A stretch of 64,000 nt of DNA. Source: Microcystaceae cyanobacterium. GTDB lineage: Bacteria > Cyanobacteriota > Cyanobacteriia > Cyanobacteriales > Microcystaceae. Shown one piece after another: positions 39,194 to 49,525 of the stretch. The stretch is taken from contig JBGTGT010000073.1 in the NCBI GenBank assembly GCA_041746575.1, forward strand, positions 1 to 64,000, given 5' to 3'. Under the pieces are notes generated by a model that was given only the letters and a program-made list of their open reading frames with translations, had not been told where the DNA came from and ran no database searches. Made by a program: the position numbers and the translations under genes. Numbering within the stretch: the stretch's first letter is position 1; each line of letters opens with the position of its first letter.

Positions 39194-39567
39194 CAAGAAA
39201 AATGGGTAGAAACCTCGTGCTTCTAGCACGACTTTATGGAGTAGAATGGTAGTGGTCACTGACCCACCTAGACGATGGAGACATACACCCTAACACCAAA
39301 GTTTGCGAGTTCTCGCAACGGGGAAGAAAAATCGGCAGGCTAGGATAAGAAGATAGGGCAATGGGCAGTCCACCCCTAGCATCAAAACACATCTCTAATT
39401 CTCCTTTTGAGATTTCGATACATAAGAACCGCAGGGCTTGCGGGGATAGTCTGTAGAGCGAACATAAGACCAAAACTCCGAATCGAGCAGAGGCAGTTGC
39501 TATGAAGCAGAAACCTAAATTGTGAGGTTTAGGAATCACTGTGGCTTTAGCTCAGTGAGGATGTCAA
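39194..39567 (+). mobile_element. Internally deleted, non-autonomous IS200/IS605-family element (left end + tnpB 3' tail/omegaRNA + right end)
   Basis: TTAT^CAAGAAAAATGGGTAGAAACC then hairpin TCGTGCT-tct-AGCACGA; tnpB-like tail RTAGLAGIVCRANIRP; GAAGCAGAAACC...GGAATCACTG...CAGTGAGGATGTCAA right end. Confidence 0.75.
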
Positions 39568-39747
39568 CCCAACCCAGAAACGAAGTCAGCTAACGGTGAA
39601 GTTGTGCGGCGGCAGATAACCTCAGAGATAAAGCTGGTCAAATGCTGGCTACTTTTAGTTGAGAGGTTATTAGTCTTTGACGGGTTGGGATTTTATTCTT
39701 AACACTTTATCTCTCTCAGGTATTTAGAAAATGGGTATAAGACTAAA

Positions 39748-39816
39748 TTGACAACCATTCCATAAAAAGCCGTCCTCCGCTACGCTAAAGGACGGGGCTT
39801 TAAACCCATTTTTTGG
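39748..39816 (-). mobile_element. Second IS200/IS605 left-end-like palindromic remnant
   Basis: Minus strand TTAC^CCAAAAAATGGGTTTAAAGCCCCGTCCT...AGGACGGCTTTTTATGGA, same layout as the end at 39194. Confidence 0.55.
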
Positions 39817-39871
39817 GTAAGAAGCCGGATTATCTATCCCAAACACCTTACCTCTTTTTTTATCTTTATTT

Positions 39872-42124
39872 TTAGCCTTCTTCTACTTTAGGGGGAAGAT
39901 ACATCGGATTGGATTGAACAAGTGGCAACCATCGTCCTTCGGCAGTCCGATAACCTAATTCCGCTTGATAGTGGCGATCGCCGTAATAAAGGGGAATAAT
40001 TCTCTCAGAATCCAGTTCACTACATTCGTGATCCCACACACTATCTGGCTTACCATCATTATTGGCATCCGTCAGATCATAAAGACGCAGGATGAACTGT
40101 TCTCCGCCTTGTTGTCGTAAGATTTCCTTAGCCGTTTCTGAGACTTGCCAAGACACATAAGCTTCTTGGGAACTCCGCGCCACTAAGGTTAAGGTATCGG
40201 CTGGCACTTCTGTGAAGCTGACAAAAGAGGGCTCATCCGTCTCTAAATCTTCCTGAAGAAACACCGTATCCGCAACGTCGAAGCCTTGATTAAGCGTAGG
40301 GATTTCGTCTACAAAACTCTCGTCGACGTCTGGGGGACAAGGGGGAACACGCACATGGAGGGAACGGGCTAAACTCAAAAAGCGATTATCTGTCGTTGAG
40401 TAGCCCAATTCTGCCATATAATCGCGATCATCTTGGGCGATCGGCACCTGATAATCGTTGGTATCCTCTAAGAAAAAATATTCTTGGACATTGTGGGGAG
40501 GTTGATGATCAATATCAATATTGGTGACATCATAGATGCGTAGTACCAGATTTTCACCTCCTTGTGCCTTGAGGTTTGCTTTATCAGCATCTGGCACTTC
40601 CCAATAGGCGTAGGCTTCCCGACAACCACGGGGCGTCAAAATCAAGCGATTGGGGGCAATCGATTCAGTGACTGGCAAAGGAGGGGCAATAACGGCATCT
40701 TCTCCGATGAGCGGCTCTGGAGGAGAACAAGGAGGAACCCGTACATGAAGGGAACGAGCTAAACTCAAAAAGCGATTATCTGTCGTTAAGTAGCCCAATT
40801 CTGCCATATAATCGCGATCATCACGGGCGATCGGCACATGATAATCGTTGGTGTCCCCTGAAAGCCCGTATTCTTCAACGCTATGGGGGGTTTGATGATC
40901 AATGTCAATATCCGTGACATCATAGATGCGCAGTACCAAATTGTCGCTTCCTTGTCCTTTGAGGTCAGCTCTATGAGCATCTGACACTTCCCAATAGGCG
41001 TAGGCATCCCGACAGTCACGGGGGGTTAAAATTAAGCGACAGGCTGGCACAGGGGGAGCAGGAGGAGGCACAATTGCGCCGACGGGTTCAGGTTCTTCGT
41101 CTTGGTTTCTCAGCAAAAAGAAGAGCGGAATCGCCAACAAAGGTAATAATAGTAACCACCACGGAAATCCCCCTCTTTCTTCTTCTTCTACTACGGGTGG
41201 GGTCACCGTCGGGGATTCCTCAGGGGTTGGAGTTGCCTGCGCATAGCGAGAAGCCCGCGCTGTTTCAATCGCTTCTTGACTGGTAGCACCCGTAGTATAG
41301 CCGAGCAATGCTTGTACCGGTTCACTGGCATTGGGGCCTTTATAGACGAAGTAGAGCGGTTGAGAAAAGGGATAATCTGGATTATCCGGTAAGGTATCGT
41401 ACATTTTCACGATTTTAACTCGGGGATTGTTGGCGACTTGGTCATAAATGGCATAGGAGATGCCGTCTGCGCCTAATTTTTCAATCACTAAATCAGTATT
41501 ATCTTCGGCAACCGACTCGGCGGTTTCACTAGCTTGAAAAGGGGCTGATTGAAAGACGGGGTAGGTGAGGAAGGCTTGACGGGTATCGCTGGTGTCAGGA
41601 CGATCAATGAGCTTAATCGCACCCTCTGTTCCCTTGACTTCTGACCAATTTTGAATTTCCCCACGGAAAATCTTGGCAAAGTCTTCAATGGTTAAACTGC
41701 CCTCGAAGGGGTTATCTACCCCCACAATCATGGCAATTTTATGACGAGCAACGGGAACCGCAATCAATCCTTGATTTTTTTCTGCTTGGGTTAGGGGGCG
41801 ACCAATAGCGGCAACGTCAATTTTGCCATCTGCTAGGTCTTTGATCGCCGTATTCGTTTCTTCTACCTTAACGGTGGCATTACTGCCTTGATACCGTTCA
41901 ATAAATCCCCCTTTCACCGCCTCTGCAATTTCCTGCATACTATCCGAGGTTTCAATTTTGATCGTTGTACCGTCAGGAATGGTTTCTGGTAACGGGAAGG
42001 TGGCTTTGGGGCTAGCATCTTGGGCAAAAACCCAGTTAGTTTGTTCTAGCCTTCCCCAATCTGGCATTAAGCCAAAGGTGAGTAACGATGCACAAAGGGC
42101 TAAACTCAGCTTTCCTTTAAACAT
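39872..42124 (-). CDS. PstS-like periplasmic binding domain + TM + three DUF4912-like domains
   Basis: Signal peptide; PBP fold motifs (DVAAIGRPL, VGVDNP, IFRGEIQNW, RPDTSDTR, YPFSQPLY); PWWLLLL TM; three LxLxxR..AYxxWxV..LRxYDxT..YxAELGY repeats. Confidence 0.8.
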   Translation of the reverse strand: MFKGKLSLALCASLLTFGLMPDWGRLEQTNWVFAQDASPKATFPLPETIPDGTTIKIETSDSMQEIAEAVKGGFIERYQGSNATVKVEETNTAIKDLADGKIDVAAIGRPLTQAEKNQGLIAVPVARHKIAMIVGVDNPFEGSLTIEDFAKIFRGEIQNWSEVKGTEGAIKLIDRPDTSDTRQAFLTYPVFQSAPFQASETAESVAEDNTDLVIEKLGADGISYAIYDQVANNPRVKIVKMYDTLPDNPDYPFSQPLYFVYKGPNASEPVQALLGYTTGATSQEAIETARASRYAQATPTPEESPTVTPPVVEEEERGGFPWWLLLLPLLAIPLFFLLRNQDEEPEPVGAIVPPPAPPVPACRLILTPRDCRDAYAYWEVSDAHRADLKGQGSDNLVLRIYDVTDIDIDHQTPHSVEEYGLSGDTNDYHVPIARDDRDYMAELGYLTTDNRFLSLARSLHVRVPPCSPPEPLIGEDAVIAPPLPVTESIAPNRLILTPRGCREAYAYWEVPDADKANLKAQGGENLVLRIYDVTNIDIDHQPPHNVQEYFFLEDTNDYQVPIAQDDRDYMAELGYSTTDNRFLSLARSLHVRVPPCPPDVDESFVDEIPTLNQGFDVADTVFLQEDLETDEPSFVSFTEVPADTLTLVARSSQEAYVSWQVSETAKEILRQQGGEQFILRLYDLTDANNDGKPDSVWDHECSELDSERIIPLYYGDRHYQAELGYRTAEGRWLPLVQSNPMYLPPKVEEG
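40340..41040. repeat. Intragenic direct duplication, 390-bp period (DUF4912 copies 1 and 2)
   Basis: Identical segments such as ACTTCCCAATAGGCGTAGGC at 40596 and 40986. Confidence 0.9.
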
Positions 42125-42337
42125 TTTTTGTTTTGATCCTTATATCAACAAATAGAAAGAGGGGTCAATGGCTAATCGTTTTTTAGGATTTTTAATAATT
42201 ATTAGCCACTAACCACGACTATCAACAGCCGAAGATACCCCGTTGAGAGAGCAACCTTGAAACCGCAATGAGGACCGAGTTTAAGTCTTATTTTGGGAGG
42301 TTAAAGAGGTTAATAACTGCTCAATGGGTCGTGCAAA

Positions 42338-43222
42338 CTAGATTTCCGCCACTGCTCGTTCAACCAGACGGCGCGCAAGGGTTTGAATCCCTGTATGACG
42401 ATAGTATTTTACCGACATATCCAGAAATGCCCCTAAATAATCTAGCTTATCTTTGGAGACATCAATAAGCTTCGTTAAGTTGCTGGTTATTCCACTTTGA
42501 GTGAGGTTGTTGTGACTGACAAAGCCATCCATCCAGCCTTTGGTGGATTCGACACTTTCGGTGATAAACGCTAATTGTCCCGCCGAACTATCGCCCGGAA
42601 TCAGGTCTTTTACCCCTTTAAATGTTTGGTTTTTTTCTAAATCCGAGGGACCCATTCCTTTAATAAACGCTAGGGCTTTTTCGCTAAACCCTGCCCCTAA
42701 AGGGATTAAACCATCAAAAGATACTAAGGCGGCCATCCGCATTAACGCTTCACCACTATAGTCTCCCAAGGCGGCCACGAAATCTCCGATGCTATCGCCC
42801 GGAATACCATTTATTTGACAAAAAGCCACCAATTCGGTGACTAATTTAATGGATAAGTCAATACTTTGCGCTTTTTCGGGTTTAGGGGTTAGGTGCTTTA
42901 AAAAGCCAAGGAATGTATCCTGTCCAATACGATTGGCTAGAGCGGCCGTTCCCAATAACCCTGACGCATCATCTACGGTTTCGTATAACCAAAGGGCTTT
43001 TTGGTATCCTTGAGACTTATCATTAAAAAGAGTAACGGCTCTTTCGCCAATTTGCTGCACTAAGGCTGGATCGGTTTCTCCGGTGACAACTCGAATGGTT
43101 TCATCAAAACCCACAAGGTTTTGCCATTTGCCCGGAACAACATGATCAAGGGTTCTTAAGGCCGACACGGTTAATCCCCCTGTCGGCAGTTCGTCCACAA
43201 TTTTAAAAATGGGTTTGCTCAC
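42338..43222 (-). CDS. Conserved hypothetical protein
   Basis: 294-aa ORF with GTG start and AAGGAG RBS; no function recognised. Confidence 0.85.
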   Translation of the reverse strand: MSKPIFKIVDELPTGGLTVSALRTLDHVVPGKWQNLVGFDETIRVVTGETDPALVQQIGERAVTLFNDKSQGYQKALWLYETVDDASGLLGTAALANRIGQDTFLGFLKHLTPKPEKAQSIDLSIKLVTELVAFCQINGIPGDSIGDFVAALGDYSGEALMRMAALVSFDGLIPLGAGFSEKALAFIKGMGPSDLEKNQTFKGVKDLIPGDSSAGQLAFITESVESTKGWMDGFVSHNNLTQSGITSNLTKLIDVSKDKLDYLGAFLDMSVKYYRHTGIQTLARRLVERAVAEI

Positions 43223-43292
43223 AGTATGCTCCTTGGAAATACAGAAAAGGATGAGTGAATCGCTCTAAAGCAACACAAGTTACCAAAAACCA

Positions 43293-43904
43293 CTAGGTGG
43301 CTGGTTGGGGTCTCAATGAAGGGGCTTGTTGCCAAGGGGCTTTCTGTTTAGCGTTCAAATCGGTTTTCTGCTTGGCGGGTAAGGAGGCTTCAAGGGACGC
43401 TAAGCCCCGTAAATTGAATTTTTGTAACCAAGCTACCCGATCTTCCTTGGTAAATGTGATATCACGGGATAAGACTTTCACTTGGTAGCGATCGCTTACT
43501 AAGATACTGGTCATGCTTGACCCTTGCTCGACCGAAGGATAACCCGCCACTTTTTCGGTAGCCGAGTCAAATTTAGCGGCGGCAGTGGGAACGCTGGTGG
43601 TATCACTAATAGACAGCATAGCGACGGTTTTGCCATCTTTATTGACTTTGTATTCAGCAAAGCCCTTTTTCTCTTGGGTTGGGATAATTTCGTAGCCTCT
43701 CACACCAGAGGGGAAGAATTTATTAAATTTGGCCCCTTGGGTTGCTTTTTTGTCAACCGCTTTCTGGGCGCGAAATCCAGTGGTTTCTTTTTGTACTTGG
43801 TCGTAGGGAGAAGGGGCTTTAGCACAAGCCGCCATACCGAAGATCAACAGAAAAGAAAGGCAGAGGGCAATCAAAACGTTAGGCCAACGGGAGGTTTTCA
43901 TCAT
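43293..43904 (-). CDS. Hypothetical lipoprotein
   Basis: Signal peptide with lipobox MAAC; co-oriented upstream of the 294-aa ORF. Confidence 0.85.
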   Translation of the reverse strand: MMKTSRWPNVLIALCLSFLLIFGMAACAKAPSPYDQVQKETTGFRAQKAVDKKATQGAKFNKFFPSGVRGYEIIPTQEKKGFAEYKVNKDGKTVAMLSISDTTSVPTAAAKFDSATEKVAGYPSVEQGSSMTSILVSDRYQVKVLSRDITFTKEDRVAWLQKFNLRGLASLEASLPAKQKTDLNAKQKAPWQQAPSLRPQPAT

Positions 43905-44263
43905 TTTTCCTAAAATTCAGTAAACGTGGTTATTACGATTGATTTTCCCAATTGTAAATTAAGTTGCGTTTATGGTATTAGGACAATGCTTAATTCTTTA
44001 CAAAAATGTTGAAGATGGAGGGGAAGAGAAATCAGCTTTGTTTTCTATTAACCTGAAAAGCTGGCAGATACTAGAAAACGCTTAAACATCTCTCGATTTT
44101 TGATTCATTGGTTAAACGATCCCATCTTAACCTGACCGAGGATGAAAAATATAGATAGGGCTTTGGTGAAAATAACAAGATTCAAGTATTATCAATTGTT
44201 GCCAAACGATCCCCGAACCCACTATCATTGTCAATAAAGTGATCATTATTGAAAACTATTCCT

Positions 44264-44818
44264 ATGCCTCCTTACACCGCCGCTTCCCTGAAAGCCGAAT
44301 TAAATGCAAGAGGTTGGCGTTTAACCCCGCAACGGGAAAAAATCTTACAAATTTTTCAGAATTTACCGAAAGGAAACCACCTTAGCGCGGAAGAACTCTT
44401 TGAACAACTCGAGCAACAAAACGAGCAGATCAGTCTGTCCACCATTTATCGTAGTATAAAACTCATGTCTCGCATGGGAATTCTGCGAGAATTAGAACTG
44501 GCCGAAGGACATAAACATTACGAACTCAATCAACCCTATCCCAACCATCACCATCATATTGTCTGTATCCAGTGCAATAAAACCCTCGAATTCAAAAATG
44601 ATTCTATCCTCAAACATAGTCTTAAACAATGTGAAAAAGAAGGATTTCAACTCATCGATTGTCAATTAACGGTCATGACGATTTGTCCTGAGGCCATTCG
44701 CATGGGGTGGCCTTCCATGCTTCCCAGTAGTTGGTCTTGTACCCGCGCTATTTCGGAACATCCTAGCTTAGAGACAGAAAATCTTTCTTTGGAGATGGAT
44801 GAGGAAGGGGAAGAATAG
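44264..44818 (+). CDS. fur: Ferric uptake regulator (FurA type)
   Basis: GWRLTPQRE, HLSAEE, SLSTIYR, HHHHIVCIQC; ATG at 44264. Confidence 0.95.
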   Translation: MPPYTAASLKAELNARGWRLTPQREKILQIFQNLPKGNHLSAEELFEQLEQQNEQISLSTIYRSIKLMSRMGILRELELAEGHKHYELNQPYPNHHHHIVCIQCNKTLEFKNDSILKHSLKQCEKEGFQLIDCQLTVMTICPEAIRMGWPSMLPSSWSCTRAISEHPSLETENLSLEMDEEGEE

Positions 44819-44985
44819 GGCAAAAATAACGAAACAACAGCTTTATCTGCCTCCTTCCTTTTATGATTTCCCTGAATTTGTTATATTAAAAGGTGTCTCC
44901 TTGGCAAACCCAAAAAAAAGCTTAAGGGGTCTCATCTCCTTCACCCCTTTCGTGTATAAAAGTCCATAGAACAATCATTCCGAGG

Positions 44986-45744
44986 ATGATCATGCTTTCC
45001 CTAGATGCCCCTAAACCCCCTGCTCCCACTGATTTCAAGCCAATTAGTCAAATTTTAATCGTTGAGGACGAAGAAGTGATCCGAGAAATGTTAGTTTTGG
45101 CTTTGCAGGAAGAAGGGTATCAAGTAACTGCCGCGGCTGATGGACGAAAAGCCTTAGAATTATTGCAAAGCGACGAAGAAAACCCCTCCGTTTCCCCCTT
45201 CGATTTGGTGGTTTTGGATTTAATGTTACCTCAGCTCAACGGTCTCGATATCTGCCGTTTATTGCGTTATCACGGCAATATTATTCCGATTCTAATTCTC
45301 AGTGCCAAGGCCAGCGAAACGGATCGAGTATTAGGCTTAGAAGTTGGGGCTGATGATTATCTGACCAAACCCTTTAGTATGCGGGAATTTGTTGCTCGAT
45401 GCCGTGCTTTAATTCGTCGTCAAGGATTTAGCACCCTATCTAATGTTCCCGTGCGAAAATTTCGAGAAATTGCCCTTTATCCTCAAGAATGTCGCGTCAC
45501 TGTGCGAGGAGAAGAAATCAATTTATCGCCTAAAGAGTTTCGTATACTTGATTTGTTTATGAGCTATCCACGTCGCGTCTGGTCGAGAGACCAGTTAATT
45601 GAACAAGTATGGGGACCCGATTTTTTAGGAGATACCAAAACCGTCGACGTTCACATCCGTTGGTTACGGGAAAAGTTGGAAAACGACCCCAGTCAACCGG
45701 AATACCTCATTACAGTTCGTGGATTTGGCTATCGTTTTGGCTAA
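44986..45744 (+). CDS. sphR: Phosphate regulon response regulator (OmpR/PhoB family)
   Basis: VEDE, LDLMLP, GADDYLTKPF, wHTH KTVDVHIRWLREK, TVRGFGY; upstream of the kinase and phoU. Confidence 0.9.
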   Translation: MIMLSLDAPKPPAPTDFKPISQILIVEDEEVIREMLVLALQEEGYQVTAAADGRKALELLQSDEENPSVSPFDLVVLDLMLPQLNGLDICRLLRYHGNIIPILILSAKASETDRVLGLEVGADDYLTKPFSMREFVARCRALIRRQGFSTLSNVPVRKFREIALYPQECRVTVRGEEINLSPKEFRILDLFMSYPRRVWSRDQLIEQVWGPDFLGDTKTVDVHIRWLREKLENDPSQPEYLITVRGFGYRFG

Positions 45745-45799
45745 GTTCCTTAAGTTATACTATCTATCACAAGCGTATCCGTCATCGGATCTCCCATAA

Positions 45800-47098
45800 A
45801 TGATTTTAGGGTTAATAATTGGGTTATTATTGGGAGCGATCTTTTATTTTGGGCAACAGTATCGTTTAAAAAAAGAATTAGCAAAAACTCTGACATTTTC
45901 CCCGGATATTAGGGATTTAATGCCCACACTATCTGTTTCATCTTTAGTGTATCGGGAGATGTCTTATTTTAATAAATGGCGTCAACAACAAGAAAAAGCC
46001 CTAAATGACTGGCAAATGATTGCCTCTCAAGCCCCTCTTGGTTTTTTATGGATAGATGCAGAAAATCGCCTACTATGGTGTAATCAAGCCGCTCAAATCC
46101 TCCTCCAGATTGATCGTTGGCAACCCCAAGAAATTCGTTTACTCTTAGAGTTAGTCCGCTCCTACGAATTAGATCAGTTGATTGAAGCGACTCGCTCTAC
46201 TCAGCAAGCGCAACAACAAGAATGGATTTATTACCCTAAGACCTACCCTATCGAAACTCAAAACCAACAGAATTTATCCCAAAAACCAAAATCCACCGCC
46301 TTAAAAGGGTATGGACTGCCCCTCTCCTGCGGAGAAATCGGCATATTTATCGAAAATCGTCAACCTTTGCGAGAATTATCGCAATCTCGTGAACGAGCCT
46401 TAAGCGACCTCACTCATGAACTGCGAACCCCGTTAACAGCCATATCGCTACTGGCAGAAACCCTAGAAAAACGGTTAGGTCCCCCTGAATCTCGCTGGTC
46501 TGGTCAAATTTCCCAAGAAGTAAACCATTTAATGACGCTGATTCAAGAATGGCTCGATTTAAGTCAATTACAAGAAGATCCCAGTCAACACTTACACGTT
46601 GAACGCCTATCGTTACAAATCCTAGTCACAGACGCTTGGACAACCCTCGAACCGCTTGCCCAGCAAAAAAAGATCACTCTCGCCTATCGAGAAACCGAAC
46701 CCTGTGAACTAGAAGGCGATCGCCTCCGCCTAACCCAAGTCTTCCTCAATCTCCTTGATAACAGTCTTAAGCATAGTCCCCAACCGGGAGAAATTCAGAT
46801 TAACGTGTCCTATCAAGGGGAAAATGTGCAAATTGACTTGATTGATCAGGGATCTGGCTTTGCAGAGGTAGATTTGCCCCATGTTTTTGAGCGACTCTAT
46901 CGCGGAGACGTGTCCCGTACCCGCCGAACGTCAGAGAATGAACTCCGTTTTCGTCAAGGCAGTGGCTTGGGATTAGCGATCGTTCAACAAATTATTCAAG
47001 CACATCAAGGGTCAATTATTGCTCAAAATCATCCTAAAACGGGGGGAGCTTGGTTACAAGTCCTTTTACCTAAAACCTATAATAGTACCAGAGTATAA
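45800..47098 (+). CDS. sphS: Phosphate sensor histidine kinase
   Basis: N-terminal TM, PAS-like region, THELRTPL, NLLDN, DQGSG, FERLYRGD, GSGLGL. Confidence 0.88.
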   Translation: MILGLIIGLLLGAIFYFGQQYRLKKELAKTLTFSPDIRDLMPTLSVSSLVYREMSYFNKWRQQQEKALNDWQMIASQAPLGFLWIDAENRLLWCNQAAQILLQIDRWQPQEIRLLLELVRSYELDQLIEATRSTQQAQQQEWIYYPKTYPIETQNQQNLSQKPKSTALKGYGLPLSCGEIGIFIENRQPLRELSQSRERALSDLTHELRTPLTAISLLAETLEKRLGPPESRWSGQISQEVNHLMTLIQEWLDLSQLQEDPSQHLHVERLSLQILVTDAWTTLEPLAQQKKITLAYRETEPCELEGDRLRLTQVFLNLLDNSLKHSPQPGEIQINVSYQGENVQIDLIDQGSGFAEVDLPHVFERLYRGDVSRTRRTSENELRFRQGSGLGLAIVQQIIQAHQGSIIAQNHPKTGGAWLQVLLPKTYNSTRV

Positions 47099-47209
47099 AT
47101 AATAAGGGAAAAAAATTGAGGAAAACTTAATGCGCTGTTAATCTATTTCTAAAATTCTTAAGGTACGATCGATAAAAATAGAGCAATATATCTTTAATTT
47201 CAAATTAAT

Positions 47210-47878
47210 GTGAATCTTTCGGCTCATACAAAATTTACGGAACGCCGCTACTTTGAACGGTCTTTGAGACGGTTAGAACAAGATGTTCTCCGGATGGGAA
47301 CATTGGTTGAGGAATCTTTTCGTCTTAGTCACCAATCTCTTTTTGAGCGGAATTTAGACGCCATTCCTCAAATTAAAACTTTAGACAAGGAAATTGACCG
47401 CTATTATCGGCAAATTGAATTAGAATGCGCTACTTTAATGACGTTACAAGCTCCTGTTGCTCAAGACTTACGGTTGTTAAGTGCGTTTATGCAATTGGTG
47501 CGAGATTTAGAAAGGATTGGTGATTATGCCAAAGATTTGAGTGAAATTGCCCTTAAGCTTTTTCCCTATTCCCCTCATGACTGTTTAAACGAAATTGAGG
47601 TTATGTCTCGCCATACCCAATTGATGTTGGCGACCAGTTTAGTGGCCTTGGCTGACTTAGATGCTGAGGAAGGAAAACGGATTAAACGCTTAGATGATAC
47701 AGTAGATGATCTCTACGACCACCTCTATCAAGTCATCGCCTATCAACGAGATATTCCGGGGATTATTGAGCCAATGATCCTGCTTGCGCTTGTCATTCGC
47801 CACTTAGAAAGGATGGCTGACCATGCGACGAATATTGGTCAACGAGTGGCTTATATTGTGACAGGACATCGCGGATAA
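47210..47878 (+). CDS. phoU: Phosphate signalling protein PhoU (SphU)
   Basis: QAPVAQDLR, DLERIGDYA, HLERMADHATNI. Confidence 0.95.
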   Translation: MNLSAHTKFTERRYFERSLRRLEQDVLRMGTLVEESFRLSHQSLFERNLDAIPQIKTLDKEIDRYYRQIELECATLMTLQAPVAQDLRLLSAFMQLVRDLERIGDYAKDLSEIALKLFPYSPHDCLNEIEVMSRHTQLMLATSLVALADLDAEEGKRIKRLDDTVDDLYDHLYQVIAYQRDIPGIIEPMILLALVIRHLERMADHATNIGQRVAYIVTGHRG

Positions 47879-47923
47879 TTTACATTACCCTAAAGCTGAA
47901 TAGTGACGATTTGCCCGAAGAAG

Positions 47924-47960
47924 GAAATAGGTTGCCCGCCTATTTCTCGGATTTATTTAT
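47924..47960 (+). terminator. Probable terminator after phoU
   Basis: GAAATAGG-ttgcccg-CCTATTTC stem followed by a T-rich tract. Confidence 0.5.
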
Positions 47961-48102
47961 TGGAAAGTTGATAGAGTACAATGCAACATAACGATTAAGT
48001 TTGAATCTCATTTCTCGGATTTATTTATTGGAAAGTTGATAAAGGATAACGCAACATAACGGTTAAGTTTGAATCTCATTTCTCGGATTCATTTATTTGA
48101 AA
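47942..48102. repeat. 68-bp tandem repeat, ~2.4 copies, upstream of ahcY
   Basis: ATTTCTCGGATT(T/C)ATTTATT begins at 47942, 48010 and 48078; whole units are near-identical. Confidence 0.92.
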
Positions 48103-48122
48103 ATTTAAAAAAAATGTCTTAG

Positions 48123-49448
<1,326 letters not shown>

Positions 49449-49449
49449 G

Positions 49450-49478
49450 AAGGTTGGGTGGGCTTAGCCCACCTTTTT
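49450..49478 (+). terminator. Intrinsic terminator after ahcY
   Basis: GGTGGGCT-t-AGCCCACC followed by TTTTT. Confidence 0.75.
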
Positions 49479-49525
49479 GATGATTTTGAATTTCTATTTT
49501 TGAAGTCAATTAATTCTTGCAATTT

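Noticed and set aside
39234..39539. 101-aa minus-strand ORF
   Set aside because: Lies antisense within the IS200/IS605 remnant; no protein-like features
42278..42314. Pho box upstream of the PstS-like fusion gene
   Set aside because: TTAACCT octamers are present on the minus strand but spaced 9 and 20 bp apart, not the 11-bp period
47126..47155. Pho box upstream of phoU
   Set aside because: CTTAATGC, GTTAATCT and TCTAAAAT are at 11-bp period but match the consensus poorly; too weak to call
47942..48102. CRISPR array
   Set aside because: The whole 68-bp units are near-identical, so there are no unique spacers; no cas genes in the window
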